Origin: the human T2T-CHM13v2.0 reference genome, Homo sapiens
Length of the DNA: 64,000 nt
Strand: one strand, 5' to 3'
Assembly: GCF_009914755.1 (NCBI RefSeq)
Contig: NC_060935.1
The notes under the pieces are model-generated. The model was not told where the DNA came from. It was given only the letters and a program-made list of their open reading frames with translations, and searched no databases. The position numbers and the translations under genes are program-made. This document shows, piece by piece, positions 1 through 12,344 of the stretch (within the stretch, counting starts at the first letter, position 1; every line of letters begins with the position of its first letter).

Positions 1-379
1 TTTTTAGGTGTTTGTTTTCGTAAAATATATCAATCATATTTGTCACATTTTGGGTACTACATCTATTAGGGAAAATTCAAAATGGAACTTTTTCATGAAG
101 GTAAAGAAATAGAATTGTATGTTGATTTTTCCATAGATTGGAATTTATTGTTTATTCTCTCCTTATTGAGGAGTTTATGAAGGTTGGGAGACAGTCTAAG
201 CCTAGGAAATCTTTAAAAGTGACTATTGCATTTACTTGCATTAAGTCCTATACAGTTGTATTTGTCAATTAAAAATATATAATAAAAAGTTCTGTATTTA
301 CACATAGCCAATATATGAGTTGTTTCCTGTGACATGTTTCTCAGTGTGTTTGATACAAACACCAATTTAGAGGGAATTG

Positions 380-505
380 CTTTAAAACTTTTCTAGACCT
401 GCACCTTTAGACAACCAAATTAGAATCTGTGAAGGTGGAGCTCAGCAAACTACATTCTTAACAGGAAACTTGTTGATTTTTATAGATACTAGGGTTTGTA
501 AAGGA
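380..505. mobile_element. MER5-type hAT-Charlie DNA transposon fragment
   Basis: 'tagaatctgtgaaggtggagctcagcaaactacattcttaacagg...gatttttatagatactagggtttg' resembles the MER5A core; heavily diverged. Confidence 0.5.
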
Positions 506-1897
506 TTTGTCTTTCATTGAAATACTTGCCAATTAGCTTTAGTCAATACTCCACCAGGAAATGAGTATGAAAACACAAGTCAAAGAAGTATAAAAATTCT
601 CATTAGGTTTTAATAATTCTTAATCCCCTAATTCCAATGGGAAAAATGATAGATAGTAAATTTGGGTCAAGGTGAAAACCTAACATTTTGTTCTGTTAAT
701 GATCAGTAGATTACTCATTATACCTTTTCTTTCTTGTTTCAGACTGTTCTATGACTCTAATTTATCTACATCCAAATAAATCTTGACTCGTGGCAGATGT
801 TTCATCATTATTATTAGAAATGATCACTTTAATAACTCCCTGATTATATTTATTTTACAATGGATAGCAGGCTTCATTTCTTCCTTGGGCTGCAGTGACA
901 CTACTTTCATTGGAAATGTGGTCTAAAAACTGATTAGTCTCATTAGTCTCCCTTGAGAAGAAAACCCAAACAAATATTTAATGGACAAAACACAGGAATG
1001 GGTTTTTAGGAGATGAATAAGATATGGTCTCTACCTTCTGGGAATTTAATAAAATTAAAGAATCTAGTCTTTTTCAAATATCATTCAATTTCCTGACATT
1101 TGATGATCACCAATTCTGCCCTCCTTGCATGGTACTATCTGCCAATCAAAAGATCAGTGAGACCATTTATGAGGCAATTTATATTCTGATGAATGAATTT
1201 GATATGTCAAATTTCTGTATGTTTTACTTCTGTTGAATAAAGACAAGACAGGGCAAATTCCTAAAAAGAGAATGAACTGTATGTTGCTTCTTAATCAGTA
1301 ATAGAGATATTACTTCATTTTTATAATATAAATCTGAAGTACCATGAAACATTTTATGACTATTAGTAAAAAGAAAAATCAATCACCTTTGGAAAATCAT
1401 TATGGGTGTTTCATAATAATATTTGGGAGATTGCCTAACTGTAATTTACTCATCTGCTCCATGTAATGACATTATTAATACATACCTTTGGTGTTGATAT
1501 CATTTGGGCTGTTATTAAGATTCTTTTTAGAGCCAAGAATTAAGTTTCCTGTGTAGCAAAGAACCTATTACACATAGGGTTTAGTAATGAAAAATGACTT
1601 CCTTACTGTAAGTACTTCTATTGAGAACATCTAGCTATCTAGATTTTAAACTCTTTGCTTAGAAGTACCTTTATTTACATAGTGGTTGTTACTCACTGAG
1701 GATGCAGCCCTGACTGTCATAAGAATGAAGAAAGTATCCCAGCTACTTCACAGGAAGCTCACTTCTATCACACAGAATGTCTTCCCTGGGACCACAGATC
1801 ATGATTTTGGACAGGCTTCCCTTGGTCTTTTGGTGGACTTCAGGGGCAAATACAGTGAACCACATTCAGAGCAGGAGGTAGCACGGGGGCGAAAGTA

Positions 1898-2522
1898 TGC
1901 TCTTTCAGTTTAGCCATTGGTAGACAGCTTGTGTTAGCTCAATTAGACTCCCTGCCTTATGGCTAAAACAGAGGGCTTTCTGTATCCCGGGGTTTCTTGC
2001 CTTGTTGTACCAGAAGAATCGGATCACACGTGGGCTTGGAGAATGAGTGCAAGGTTTAATTCAGTGAAAGCAGCTCTTCAACAGAATGGGGAGCCAGAAG
2101 GGAGATGGAATGGGAAGGTGGTTTTTCCATGGAGTCGGTCAGTTGAGCAGCCTGGGCTCTCCTCTGACTGCCACGGTCAAACTCTGTGTCATTCCACCAA
2201 TCGACGGCCTGCGAGCTTGCTGGTGTCTTCCATTGAGTTCTTAGGCTAGTGTGTTCCTCTCAACGTCCAGCTGCTTTTGTCTTCTTCTGTTGATGTGTTC
2301 TCCTTGATGTCCAGCTGCTTGTGTGCCTGCCTGCTAGGGGCTCGAAGTGGGGTTTTATAGGCACAGGACGGGTGCGTGGCGGGCCAGGTTGGTCTTGGGA
2401 AATGCAACATTTGGGCAGGACAACAGAAATGCTTGTCCTCACCTAGGTCTGTGGGCATAGGCCCAGGCATGGAGCCCTAGCCAGGGATCACGGCCTTCCC
2501 TTCCTAGCACTTACATATATTA
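1898..2522 (-). mobile_element. ERV1 LTR, LTR9-like (HUERS-P3 group), 3'-truncated
   Basis: Minus strand reads 'gtgctaggaagggaaggccgtgatccctggctagggctcc...gacctaggtgaggacaagcatttc...cccaaatgttgcatttcccaagacc...cctataaaacc'. Similarity stops after 'gctaaactgaaagagca' near 1898. Confidence 0.75.
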
Positions 2523-3019
2523 AAATAAACTGATGAATATAATCAACAATGTGGACTAAGTTCTGATTTACTAATTATTTAGTTGATTATAGAAAGTCTC
2601 AAGTAAAAATGCTTTCTGACTTCCGTAGAGGTGTTTGACCTAATAGACCTAGTCAATATTTTCTCTCAGTATGTGAGTGCTCAGTGTGGACGGAAGAGCA
2701 TCCCAAAAATCGTACCTGGATAGGACAGTTCCTGTTTAGATATACCACCCTTTATGGTTGATAGATTCTAAATGTCCTAATTTCTAGTGGCATTCTCAAT
2801 GATGTTTTCATTTTTATTCAAATATACATTGCTTAGCCACTTAAAAACTTCTCTAACTTTGAGGAATTTCAGATAAAAGTTTAAATGAAATGCTTTCAAA
2901 ATTGCTCCTCTCGAAATCCTGTCTCTTACTCTCTTCAAAGCTCTTGATACTTGTTCAGTATGGTATCATTTTTCCTGTCATGATTCCCAATTCAATTTCT
3001 TAACCTTTGTGTAACAATA

Positions 3020-3230
3020 CTCTGTACAGTGGTAGTAGATTGTGAAATGACTGCACTTATACGTTTGTAGATGTGTATTTATATTTCTACTGGCCCTGTC
3101 CGTCTCTCTTTTATCTGCTAACCAGATTGTAAAGACCCTTGAGGAAGAAATCGAGTTTTCTACTTCCATTTCTATCTCCATGGAGTACCCTGAATAATGT
3201 AGGAATTCAGTCAAAGGCAAATGTTAATGA
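3020..3230 (+). mobile_element. L2 LINE 3' end fragment
   Basis: 'ctaaccagattgtaaagacccttgaggaagaaatcgagttttc' matches the L2 3' motif 'ctagactgtaagctccttgagggcagg'. Confidence 0.5.
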
Positions 3231-3754
3231 GGTATTAAAAGCTTGCCTTTGACATACCATAGTATACAAGCTGAGAATTGTGTAAGTTACTGCTATTGTC
3301 GTTTCAGGGACTGGTTTGTTACCAGAAAGGTTGAAGGGAAGTACCGCTTCCTTACTATTTCCTAAGAGATTAAAATCTTGAGAATGATTTTGGCAGTGAG
3401 CTCCTCAAAAATATGAATTAGCTTCACCAAATATAAGGTATGCAGAACAGATAGCCTTTGTGAGTTAACTGAATGAAACAAATAGTTGCTAACTGGTTGC
3501 TGGTTGTTGTTACTGAATTCACTGTCAGTGTACTCATTAGAATGGCCATGTTTCACGTATGTATCATATACCACAACATAGGCAACATGGTAATACTGAG
3601 AGGTTCTCTTCATTAAATGAATAAAGCAATAGCAATGAAAAGCACAGTAGCTTTATTTGGAACCATTCCTTCAAATACCTGAAATTTCCTTTTAATGCTC
3701 CTATACAGCAAACACAGAGAGTGGTTTATGATATTTAGGTGCATCCGCTAGATT

Positions 3755-3928
3755 AGGGATTCTTGAACTGGGGGTCATATCCATGAGTGGGCATCAGGCA
3801 CTCTGCAAACCCTGTGTAATTTTGTTAACAAATTTGAATATATGTACCTCTTTCTGGGAAAAGAGTTTACTGCTCTTGGTAGACATATAAGAAGCAAAGA
3901 ACCCTAAAAGGATTAATGAAAAAGCACT
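3755..3928 (+). mobile_element. MER103C-like hAT-Charlie element
   Basis: 'gattcttgaactgggggtc...tttctgggaaaagagtttactgctcttggtagac...accctaaaaggattaatgaaaaagcactg' follows the MER103C layout. Confidence 0.55.
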
Positions 3929-4214
3929 GAAATAAATAATATAGATTAATATAAACATATTTGTTGGGTACAGTTTGATGTTTGGATGCATATATGAATT
4001 ACATGATGATTAAATCATGATAGTTATTATGACTATCACCTTATGTATAGTTTGGTTTTGGCAAAATTTGCAGACAACTGACTTCTCAAAGTTTTCAAAT
4101 GAGCACTAGTTGAGTGTACTGATGCCTGATGCTACAAGCCAAATGATTTCTTTTATTCTTTTTCCTCTTATCAGCAACAAAATAAACTCTGTGGTAGCAA
4201 GAGAAGAAAGCGGT

Positions 4215-4323
4215 AGGGTCCCTATCGAAAGTGGCAGATTAGGATTTAACTCTGCAGCCACCATTGACATCAGTGGCAGTCAGGTGGCTAAACTGTTTGC
4301 ACATTACGTTGAAAATATACCCC
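4215..4323. mobile_element. Ancient palindromic amniote repeat, MER135-like
   Basis: 'aggatttaactctgcagccaccattgacatcagtggcagtcaggtggctaaa...ttgaaaatatacccc': a decayed palindrome centred on 'ccattga-ca-tcagtgg', ending in a 'ttgaaaatataCCCC' terminus. Confidence 0.55.
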
Positions 4324-5284
4324 GAGAGTCAATATGAGTACTGGTAGAGTTTTGTGTTTTGTTTTTTAAGCTCCTCTGTCTATGGAGAGCTATCATTTAA
4401 TCCCACATTTCTTCAAGGAAGATCTGCACTCCTGAGGCCTGGCCCCATAGGCCAACAGTTTCTTTAATGACTGAGATTACCAAGTTCTTGGAAACTTTCC
4501 AGGGGTTGCAAAATAAATATGAGCTTCATTGTTTATTTTCTACTGAATTCTGGGAAGGCTTTTCTTTTGATGCTTACAGAAGATCCTTTGCAGTCAGGAA
4601 TATTGAAAGGTGAGCAGGCTGTTTCTCTGTTGCCTTTCAACCCCAATGGAAGATAACTTTTATTTACTGCAAATGAAATATTGGGAAAAAATATAAGTGC
4701 TCCCTACAGAAGTCTGTGCCTGTTGTAAACAAGGTGTCCAGAATACAAGGATGTGTGTACAACACAGGGGACTTGTAAAAGAGGGATTCAAGTCAGGCTA
4801 GATGGAGACAATGTCATTCGCCTGTTTACCTGTTTGTCTATTGTTGATTTGGAATTTCCTGAGTTCCATCCAAATGTTTCTTTTTTTCCTTTTCTTTTTT
4901 TTAAACCACTTATTTAGTTGATGTATTTGGCTTTAAATGAGTTTTCAGGTTTGTATGTGTGGTGTGTTTGTTTGAAACACTCTTCCCTTTGAATCTAGCA
5001 AATTTTTTCTGAGACTGTTGGCACAATTTTCTTTTTGCAACTAACCTTTGGTTTCTACAAAGGTATGATTTTGGGCACTTGGATATAATTTCATTTTGAA
5101 TAATTTAAAATGATTAAATTATGTTGGTAATTAAGTAATTCTTTTAGAAAATGGACATTTATCAGTATTGCCTTAGGTTTTGGTTGTGATCATCAGCAGT
5201 CCAGGTTTCGAATGCTGGCTAGCCATATTTTAATAAAGAGCTTGGTGGGTAGGTATGTTGAAGCACAGACTGTGAGAGCTGGAA

Positions 5285-5380
5285 AGAGGCTGGAGTCTGA
5301 TCTGTCACTTCATAGGTGGATACACTCTGCCTGGAGAGAAAAGTGATTTGCTAAGGTTTCATAGATGAGCAAGTAGGAAA
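5285..5380 (-). mobile_element. MIR SINE core fragment
   Basis: 'cacttcataggtggatacactctgcctggagagaaaagtgatttgctaaggtttcatag' resembles the MIR core. Confidence 0.5.
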
Positions 5381-6539
5381 GGAGCGAAAAGAGTTCTGAA
5401 CATGCCCATTAACACAACAGGATGAAATGGAGCAACAGACCAGAGTAATAATTTTCTGTTATCATACCAGGACATCATTTGTGGCCATGCTCCCTCATTG
5501 ACTTCAGATTCAGATAGAGGGGCATCAAGCTGATCTTGTCAGTGGAAACATGAACAATGCATAACAGCCTATTGCTCTCCACTATCATAGGGCCAGGCTC
5601 TATGATTTCTTAAGCCAAAATTAAAAATGCAGACATTTCACAATCTCAATAAGGTGACAGCTTTTTATCATATTATGATGCTTTCTTCAATTCATTCCCA
5701 TTCCATCCACGCTATTACTGTAATCACCACAACCCATAGTAAGTATAGCTATTTTTAAGAGAGACAACGCATAGACCATTTATGTTGATTTTCTTTTGGG
5801 TTCTTGTGTTCTTCTTATGCACTTTTGGCATCTCATAATCTAATTGTGCTATTTGTTATTGAGAATAAATTCTAGATATCATGTTATGTTGTGCAAAAAC
5901 GTGACATTTATTAATTATTCTTTGCCAAGTCAATGTCCAAATCCCCATCCTGCTTGGCTGATGGAAAAATTAACTGTAGTCATTTGGATTTTCCTTTCCT
6001 CCTGCTCCTAGGAGTGTGTCAATGATTCCAGGTATCCATCTAGATATTTTTAATTAGATACTTTCTGTGGACCTGCCCATTGCATATCATCCTGTAGCTG
6101 GTCCCTTAGTATGAATGGGTCTACAACTTCTACATGTGGAAAAAAGTAATAAAAATTTGTAAGTAAGGAAAAGAAAAAGAGTACTTGACCTTCATTGTGG
6201 GCAATGGTTTTGTAATTTAGCAATTTTATTCTAGAATTTTCTATCTGTTTTTCATTGCCTATATGTGTATGAGTTTCTTTGTCATTCTTTAAACCTGCTT
6301 TGTCATATGTTTTGAGACACTCTACATTGATGGCATAACATTTTTGATGATATTGAGACCCTTTCCTTTAAATCTGGTTCCAGCGTGCGTCCTACAGCCA
6401 TTCTTTCTGATTTCTGGGCTGTTATCATATATCGTCAAAAATTTTACTCTCACAACACCACCCACTGATCTCTCTTCTCTTTCCCATCAGGAGTAATCTA
6501 TCATTTTTCTTTGTCTCCAAAGGCCTTTCTTTGCCCAAC

Positions 6540-6632
6540 CACAGACACACAGACACACACAGACACAATACACACACACACAGACACGATACATACACAC
6601 ACACACAGACTCTCTCTCTCTCTCTCTGTCTC
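6540..6632. repeat. Compound (CA/CAGA)n-(CT)n microsatellite
   Basis: Directly visible; it explains the HT-rich ORF 6531..6758. Confidence 0.95.
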
Positions 6633-7489
6633 TTAATTTTATCTTGTCAAAAGACTATGGATTTTTTAGAAAACACAACAAGTACCTTTGACTTCAGATT
6701 CTTTATACTTTTCTATCACTCCATGTGTCTAAGACAAAGACTTACAAGGTATAAATAGGGTGAGGCATGAAAGGGCAAAACGTTTAATTATTTCAATACT
6801 TTTTTTTTAGTCACAGCATTGTATCTTAACAATAATCTCTAAAGAAAGTGCTAACTTTAAAAATTATATTGCTCAAGTTTTTCTGTGTTTTTATTTTTAT
6901 TTTGCTTATTTTTCAGAATGATTTTATTACAGAAGTTCAAGGCAGATTTCAGATCTTTCCTACAGGGTGTTATTTATGTTGATGGCATTATATGATGCAT
7001 TCTTGCAATGTTAAGTAATTGGGTTGATAGGAACAGGTAGTCAGCTTATTAAAAGGCATTTTTTCATTTCCAGAGGATTGGTAATCATGTATATTTTTGT
7101 TCATGCATATTTTATGGTTTTTCTCTCTTCCTTGAAGAGAGTTATTTAAAAATAATAATTATATCTTAGTAAGAATGAGGGAGGAATTTAATCCTTGTAA
7201 GAAGATTCTTGTCTCTGGAATGTGTAGGCTCTAATATTGATATAGTGAGAGAGCATTCTAAAATATTAATTTGTGTGCCTTTCTTTTCCACACTTCTGCA
7301 AAACAGCTTTGCCTTTAGCAGGCAGAGATAATACATTGCCTTGAGGAACATTAGGGGAGTTGCAGGAATGAAAAAGAAAGAAGTTTAGTTTTGTACTTTT
7401 GAAATATCCTTGTCCTAAAGCATATATATATAAAAAAAAGTGATGGTGAAAGCAGAACTTTTGGTATGCAACCTGCCTTCCCCTTTCCT

Positions 7490-7686
7490 GCTCTGATCAG
7501 ACTTTCTCTGCTCTATTTTATATTTTATCCACAGCACTTCTCATTATATAATTCATTTGTTATGTTCATTATAGAGTTACAAGAGCAGAGACATTTATTT
7601 GTTTTGCTCATTTGATATATCCTAAATATGTAAAATAGTGTGTGGTATATAAAAGGCGATTAATATATATTTGTTTATTGAATGAA
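7490..7686 (+). mobile_element. L2 LINE 3' end
   Basis: 'acagcacttctcatt...aagagcagagacatttatttgttttgctca...aatagtgtgtggtatata...taatatatatttgtttattgaatgaa'. Confidence 0.7.
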
Positions 7687-8375
7687 AAACCCCTTGGCTA
7701 TCAAAAGTAAAGTCTACTGAAATAAGAAGGTCATAGAGCTTATGCTACAAAAACAGACAGAAAAGAGAATGTTGGATTATTCCAATGTTGGAGTCATATT
7801 ATTTCACTCTGTGGGAAGTTAATTTCTAGGCGTATTCAGGAGCTCATGTGCATGAGAGGGAAAGTCCATTGGGCCTAAGCAGAGACGACACAGGGAAGGA
7901 CCACATAAAAAACAGGAAGTAAGTTTTGAGAGACAACCCAACATAGTATATGTTGCCAAATTTGAGGAATCATGCATAGGGGAGCCAATGACTGATAGTT
8001 ACTCTTAACCATTGGGATAAGCTCCCAAGCTTGCTGGAATATCCTCTCTACTCTCTGGTGAAGGCTTCTTCTTTTTTTTTTTTTTTTAACATACATGTGC
8101 ATTACTCTCATGAACCATCCAGCAGAAGTGTCTGTGCTTTACAACTTTGATGAGCCCCATATAAACTGCCCCTTGTGGAAACTCCACTTTTCGATGGCCC
8201 TGGGTATTATAACACCCTCAAAACAGAAGTTAGAGCTTTGACATTTAGAGGGATATTGGTGGTCTAAAGGGAAAGTTAGAACCTGATGCAAGTGAAATCC
8301 ACTGTTACATTCATGATAACCATTTTCTGAGCTTATAAATATATTAGAAAGCTATTGTTAAGAAAACATAGACCC

Positions 8376-8521
8376 TTTCTTTCTTCTTTTTTTGAGACGG
8401 AGCCTCCCCCTATCACCCAGGTTCAAGCGATTCTTCTGCCTCAACCTCCCAAGTAGCTGGGACTACAGGTGCATGCCACCACTCCTGGCTAATTTTTTTT
8501 TTTTTTGTATTTTTAGTAGAG
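8376..8521 (-). mobile_element. Alu right monomer with internal deletion; left monomer absent
   Basis: polyT + 'gagacggag...tcacccag|gttcaagcgattcttctgcctcaacctcccaagtagctgggactacaggtgc...tttttagtagag'. Confidence 0.9.
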
Positions 8522-8588
8522 TATCAAAACTGCTGAGTGGTGTGACTTAAGAAAGCATCAAACATTTGTGTGAATTTGTATGAGGAAT

Positions 8589-9155
8589 GTGGAAGCTTTA
8601 AAGCCTGCCTGCAAGTTCTTTGATACTCCTCCCATACAAGGAAGAGCTTAATTCTCCTTGCCTTGGATGCAAATTGGCCGTAGTCACTCACTAGTGAATA
8701 GAAAGGGGTGAAAATGGCACCATACCACATGACTTCTAAGCTGGATCATTAAAGGCAATACAGCATCCGCTTGCCTCTCTTTTAGAGACATTGGGAGTCT
8801 TGAGCCAGCCTCAAGAAGTCTGGCTACAACTGAAGCCACCATGTTATGGAGATCATATGGAGACACTATAAAGACACAGAGAGAAGATGTGCAAGGAGCC
8901 CCAAGTGTTCCAGTCCCAGCTGTTTGAGTATTCCTAACACTGCACCAGACAAAGGAATGAAGAAACTTGAGATGACCTCAACCTCTGCTACCATCTGTTT
9001 ATAACACCATGAGAAACGCTAAGCCAGAGCCAACCAGCTAGCTCAGCTGCTCATTAATTTCTGAACCACAGAAGCAATGAGATATACTAAATGACTTTTT
9101 GTTTTTAACCAATACGTTTTAGAATAATTTGTTATGCAACTATAGTAAGTAGGAA
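8589..9155 (+). mobile_element. MaLR solo LTR, MLT1G-like
   Basis: Start 'gcaagttctttgatactcctccca', middle 'gacttctaagctggatcattaaaggcaatacagc' and 'tgaagccaccatgttatggagatc', end 'aatttgttatgcaactatagtaagtaggaa'. Confidence 0.8.
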
Positions 9156-9191
9156 AGGGTACCTGACAGAAGGCAGGGGTGGCCAAATATT

Positions 9192-9320
9192 TCATACATT
9201 CATTTATTCAAAAATGTTATGACAACTTGTGTCAGATACTATGCTAGTCACTGGGTATTCCAATGTCGATAGGATGCAATTCTTGTTCTCAAGAAAATTT
9301 GCTCTCAAACTCACAGCCTA
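9192..9320 (-). mobile_element. L2 3' end fragment
   Basis: 'tcatacattcatttattcaaaaatg...tgtcagatactatgctagtcactggg'. Confidence 0.6.
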
Positions 9321-9855
9321 GTCAATAATATGTATCTACATAAAATGATTAAGTGAAATCACAAGAATAGGAACAAAGGTATGGGGAGTTAGCTTTTGAG
9401 CCTCTTTTAGGTCAAATAATCTCTGATTCCTTAAACACTTCTTTATGTTTTTGGACATAATTTTATGTAGTGAGACATTAAAAGGAGGAAGAGATAAAAC
9501 ATGCACTTTTCTCCTGATATCAGTTATATTAATATATATTAAACAATGACAAATATTTAAAAAATGAAAATAAAAAGTTTCAAATAATATGCTGATATTG
9601 TTATATAAATAAATAGAATTACCTTGGTGTTGATTTACTTATGATATTACTAATATAAAATATTATGAAGGTTCTCTAGAAGTTACATAGTATCCAGATA
9701 TAAATGCAGTTGTTCTCTTTGTAAAAGAATAGCACATTTTATTCCACAAATCTTTTAAAATTACAATTACTCTTATCAATAGGTATCGATATCTAATTTC
9801 ATGAAACTGGAGAAGAGAGATATCCTAACAATAATGTTTGACATCAAAAATCTAT

Positions 9856-10772
9856 TGTATCAGTCGAGGCCAATTAGGGAAGCAGAAGCACTACAGGTGA
9901 TGTGTGATGAAGGATTCATTATTCAATTGTTGGGGGAGCTAAAAAAGCAAGTTCTAGATGAGGGAGCTGGAAGACCACTGGCACAGGTGGACAAGTAGGA
10001 CCTTTCAAGATATCTGACAAACAAGTTGTGGTATGGCTGCAGCCAAGGGGACACTGGGCTATGGATAGCTCTGGTGTCTGTGCAGTTAATACCTCTGGGG
10101 TGAACAGGTAAGCATCTTGGGGAGGGCTGAGGCTGCTGTTCTTCAGCCTGGCCATCAGTTGGGAAGAAAAAGCTGGATACAAAGTGGAGGAAAGAGATGG
10201 CATACTGGATCCAGGTGTGTGCCTCTGTGTCTATCCATTATAGTATTAAGACCTTGGGGTCTTTCAGAGCATAATGGCTATTTGCAATAGACAATACATG
10301 CATCCCCCTCAAATTAATATGGTGAAATTCCAAAACCCAAGATGATGGTACTAGGAGGTGGGGTCTTTGGGATGTGATAAGGTGATGAGGGTAGAGCCTT
10401 CATGAATGGGAGCAGTGCCATAAAAGAAGCCCCAGAGAGACCTCTCACCCCTTCTGTCATGTGAATAAACAAGAAGAAGATGACCATCTATGAAAAGGCA
10501 GGTCTTCACCAGATATCAGATCTGCTGGTAACTTGATCATGGACTTCCAAGCTTCCAGAAATGTGAGAAACAAATTTCTATTGTTTATGAGCCATCTAGT
10601 CCATTATATTTTGTTATAGCAGACTTAGACATCATTACTCCATTTTTTTGCATCTCAAATCTGATACAGCTTCCTCTTGTGTCCAATTCTAACCTGGAAC
10701 CATATAGGGAAGGGAATTCTGAATCACATAGTTCCCAGCTCTATGAAATTGACAATGGAATGATCCAGCACA
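9856..10772 (-). mobile_element. Ancient LTR (LTR78/LTR79-like), split by an MLT1A insertion
   Basis: Begins 'tgtatcagtc' and ends 'ccaattctaacctggaaccatatagggaagggaattctg...tagttcccagc...ttgacaatgg...cagcaca' (TG...CA). Family assignment is tentative. Confidence 0.5.
10283..10631 (+). mobile_element. MaLR solo LTR, MLT1A0-like
   Basis: 'gatggtactaggaggtggggtctttgggatgtgataaggtgatgagggtagagccttcatgaatggg...ggacttccaagcttccagaaatgtgagaaacaaatttctattg...ttgttatagcagacttagaca'. Confidence 0.85.
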
Positions 10773-11259
10773 CCCACTCCTACATATGATTTTATTTTGT
10801 GAACCATATCTATAGCTACAAATTATTTAAATAATGTGTTGTACTTTTAAATTTAAAGGATATCTATGTGTGCATAACTGTCAGGTGTACGGCTACTTCT
10901 AATAATGTATCCTCTCTTTCTCATTCATCATTTACTTGTGAGAAATAATTTGGTATTTTAAAAAGGGGTATTTTTAAGAAATGGTGTTTCTTTTTGGTCA
11001 CGGCAGTCAAAGGTATGGATAGCAGAGAATCAGTTCAGTAGCCACTGAGCAAGCCACACTTGCCGGCCTGGTTACCATTTCATTCCTGGTCTCCTGATCT
11101 CAACGGGAAAGCTGGAGAGTCTCGAGAGTCACACTCTCTCTTTTTTTCCAGGACAAGGAAGGAGAGAATATTGTTTATATTAAGAGCTTTCATTATGTTC
11201 TAGAAAGATTTTAGTACAAAATATAAATTAAAAATTCTCTCAATTCAATTCGGCTCAGT

Positions 11260-11390
11260 TTAATTAATTTCTATACTACCAATATTTTCTCATCAATTGC
11301 TCTGTGCCAAGGACTGTCCTAAATACGGTGACTAGAGATAAAATAGCAATAGTTTATGCCTTCGTGGAGTTTTCATTCTAACAGGGAAAG
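11260..11390 (-). mobile_element. L2 fragment
   Basis: 'tctgtgccaaggactgtcctaaatacggtgac...gccttcgtggagttttcattctaacaggg'. Confidence 0.6.
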
Positions 11391-12344
11391 TAACAGTTAC
11401 TTACGAGTGTAGTGCCGTGTAATAAACATTCTTTTGAGAAGATGCTCTAGTAGAGTCTTAATGTACCTAGTTATTGTTGCTAATTGGGTGAAAAGTTCTA
11501 TGTTAAGTTTCTAGCTGTTAATGAGTATATATGCAGTCAATCTTTTAGTGTAATTAGCTAACAATATCACCCAATCTTCTCTAACAACCAGTGACGGCAA
11601 CCACGAGAATATTTGGAGAAAAGATAACCTAGAATTACCGCACAAATAAGTCCTTATCTATATTCTGTTTCTTCTCTCATGAAAGGTTTTATTCAATATC
11701 TGCATTCAATCTAAATAAAAATATTTTATCAGTACAGTTTTAATAATAGTGTGCTGCTTTTCATATTCTGGGAGTAACTTAGGACCTAACCAAATTTATA
11801 GCAACTATATCGACTATGCCCAAATCAAATAATCCTGGAACAGTCTTCCAGTGATCAGTGATCTGTGATCTGTGAGTGTGTTTTGAAGATCCTAACTTTT
11901 CTATTCCAGAGGAACCAAACAAAACTTCTTTTATGATAAAATAATTGATAACTTCTGCTATCAGAAGTTTTAGGCCAAACTAACTTTTCTATATATTATC
12001 ATGTAGAAAATGGATTTTAACCAAACATGTTAAAACATTTGAGCCAATACAAAGCTGTTTTCTGAGTATAGTCTACCATATCTCTAGGCAATAACGAAAC
12101 TCATCTCCACTCTAATACAGTATTATGGTAGCCTTCTAAATGGTGAAAATTACAAGTCATCTTTATATACATTTATAGGCGCCTTTGCTACCTATTCAAC
12201 TGTCATCTGAAATGTCAATTTTATTACATACGTGGCTGTTACCTGAAATATACTGGTCTCCTTTCAATTAATCACACAGCATCAGGCATGATATGGTTGA
12301 ACTTCGCTGTAGGTTTTCAAATTGAAATAATTTAATACAGAGAA

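Noticed and set aside
4110-4337. 75-aa ORF with protein-like composition
   Set aside because: It starts at a non-ATG codon, runs through a pyrimidine tract, and overlaps the palindromic repeat. I recognise no homologue.
5985-6037. 20-nt microexon (cctag|gagtgtgtcaatgattccag|gtatcc)
   Set aside because: Weak donor and no other support.
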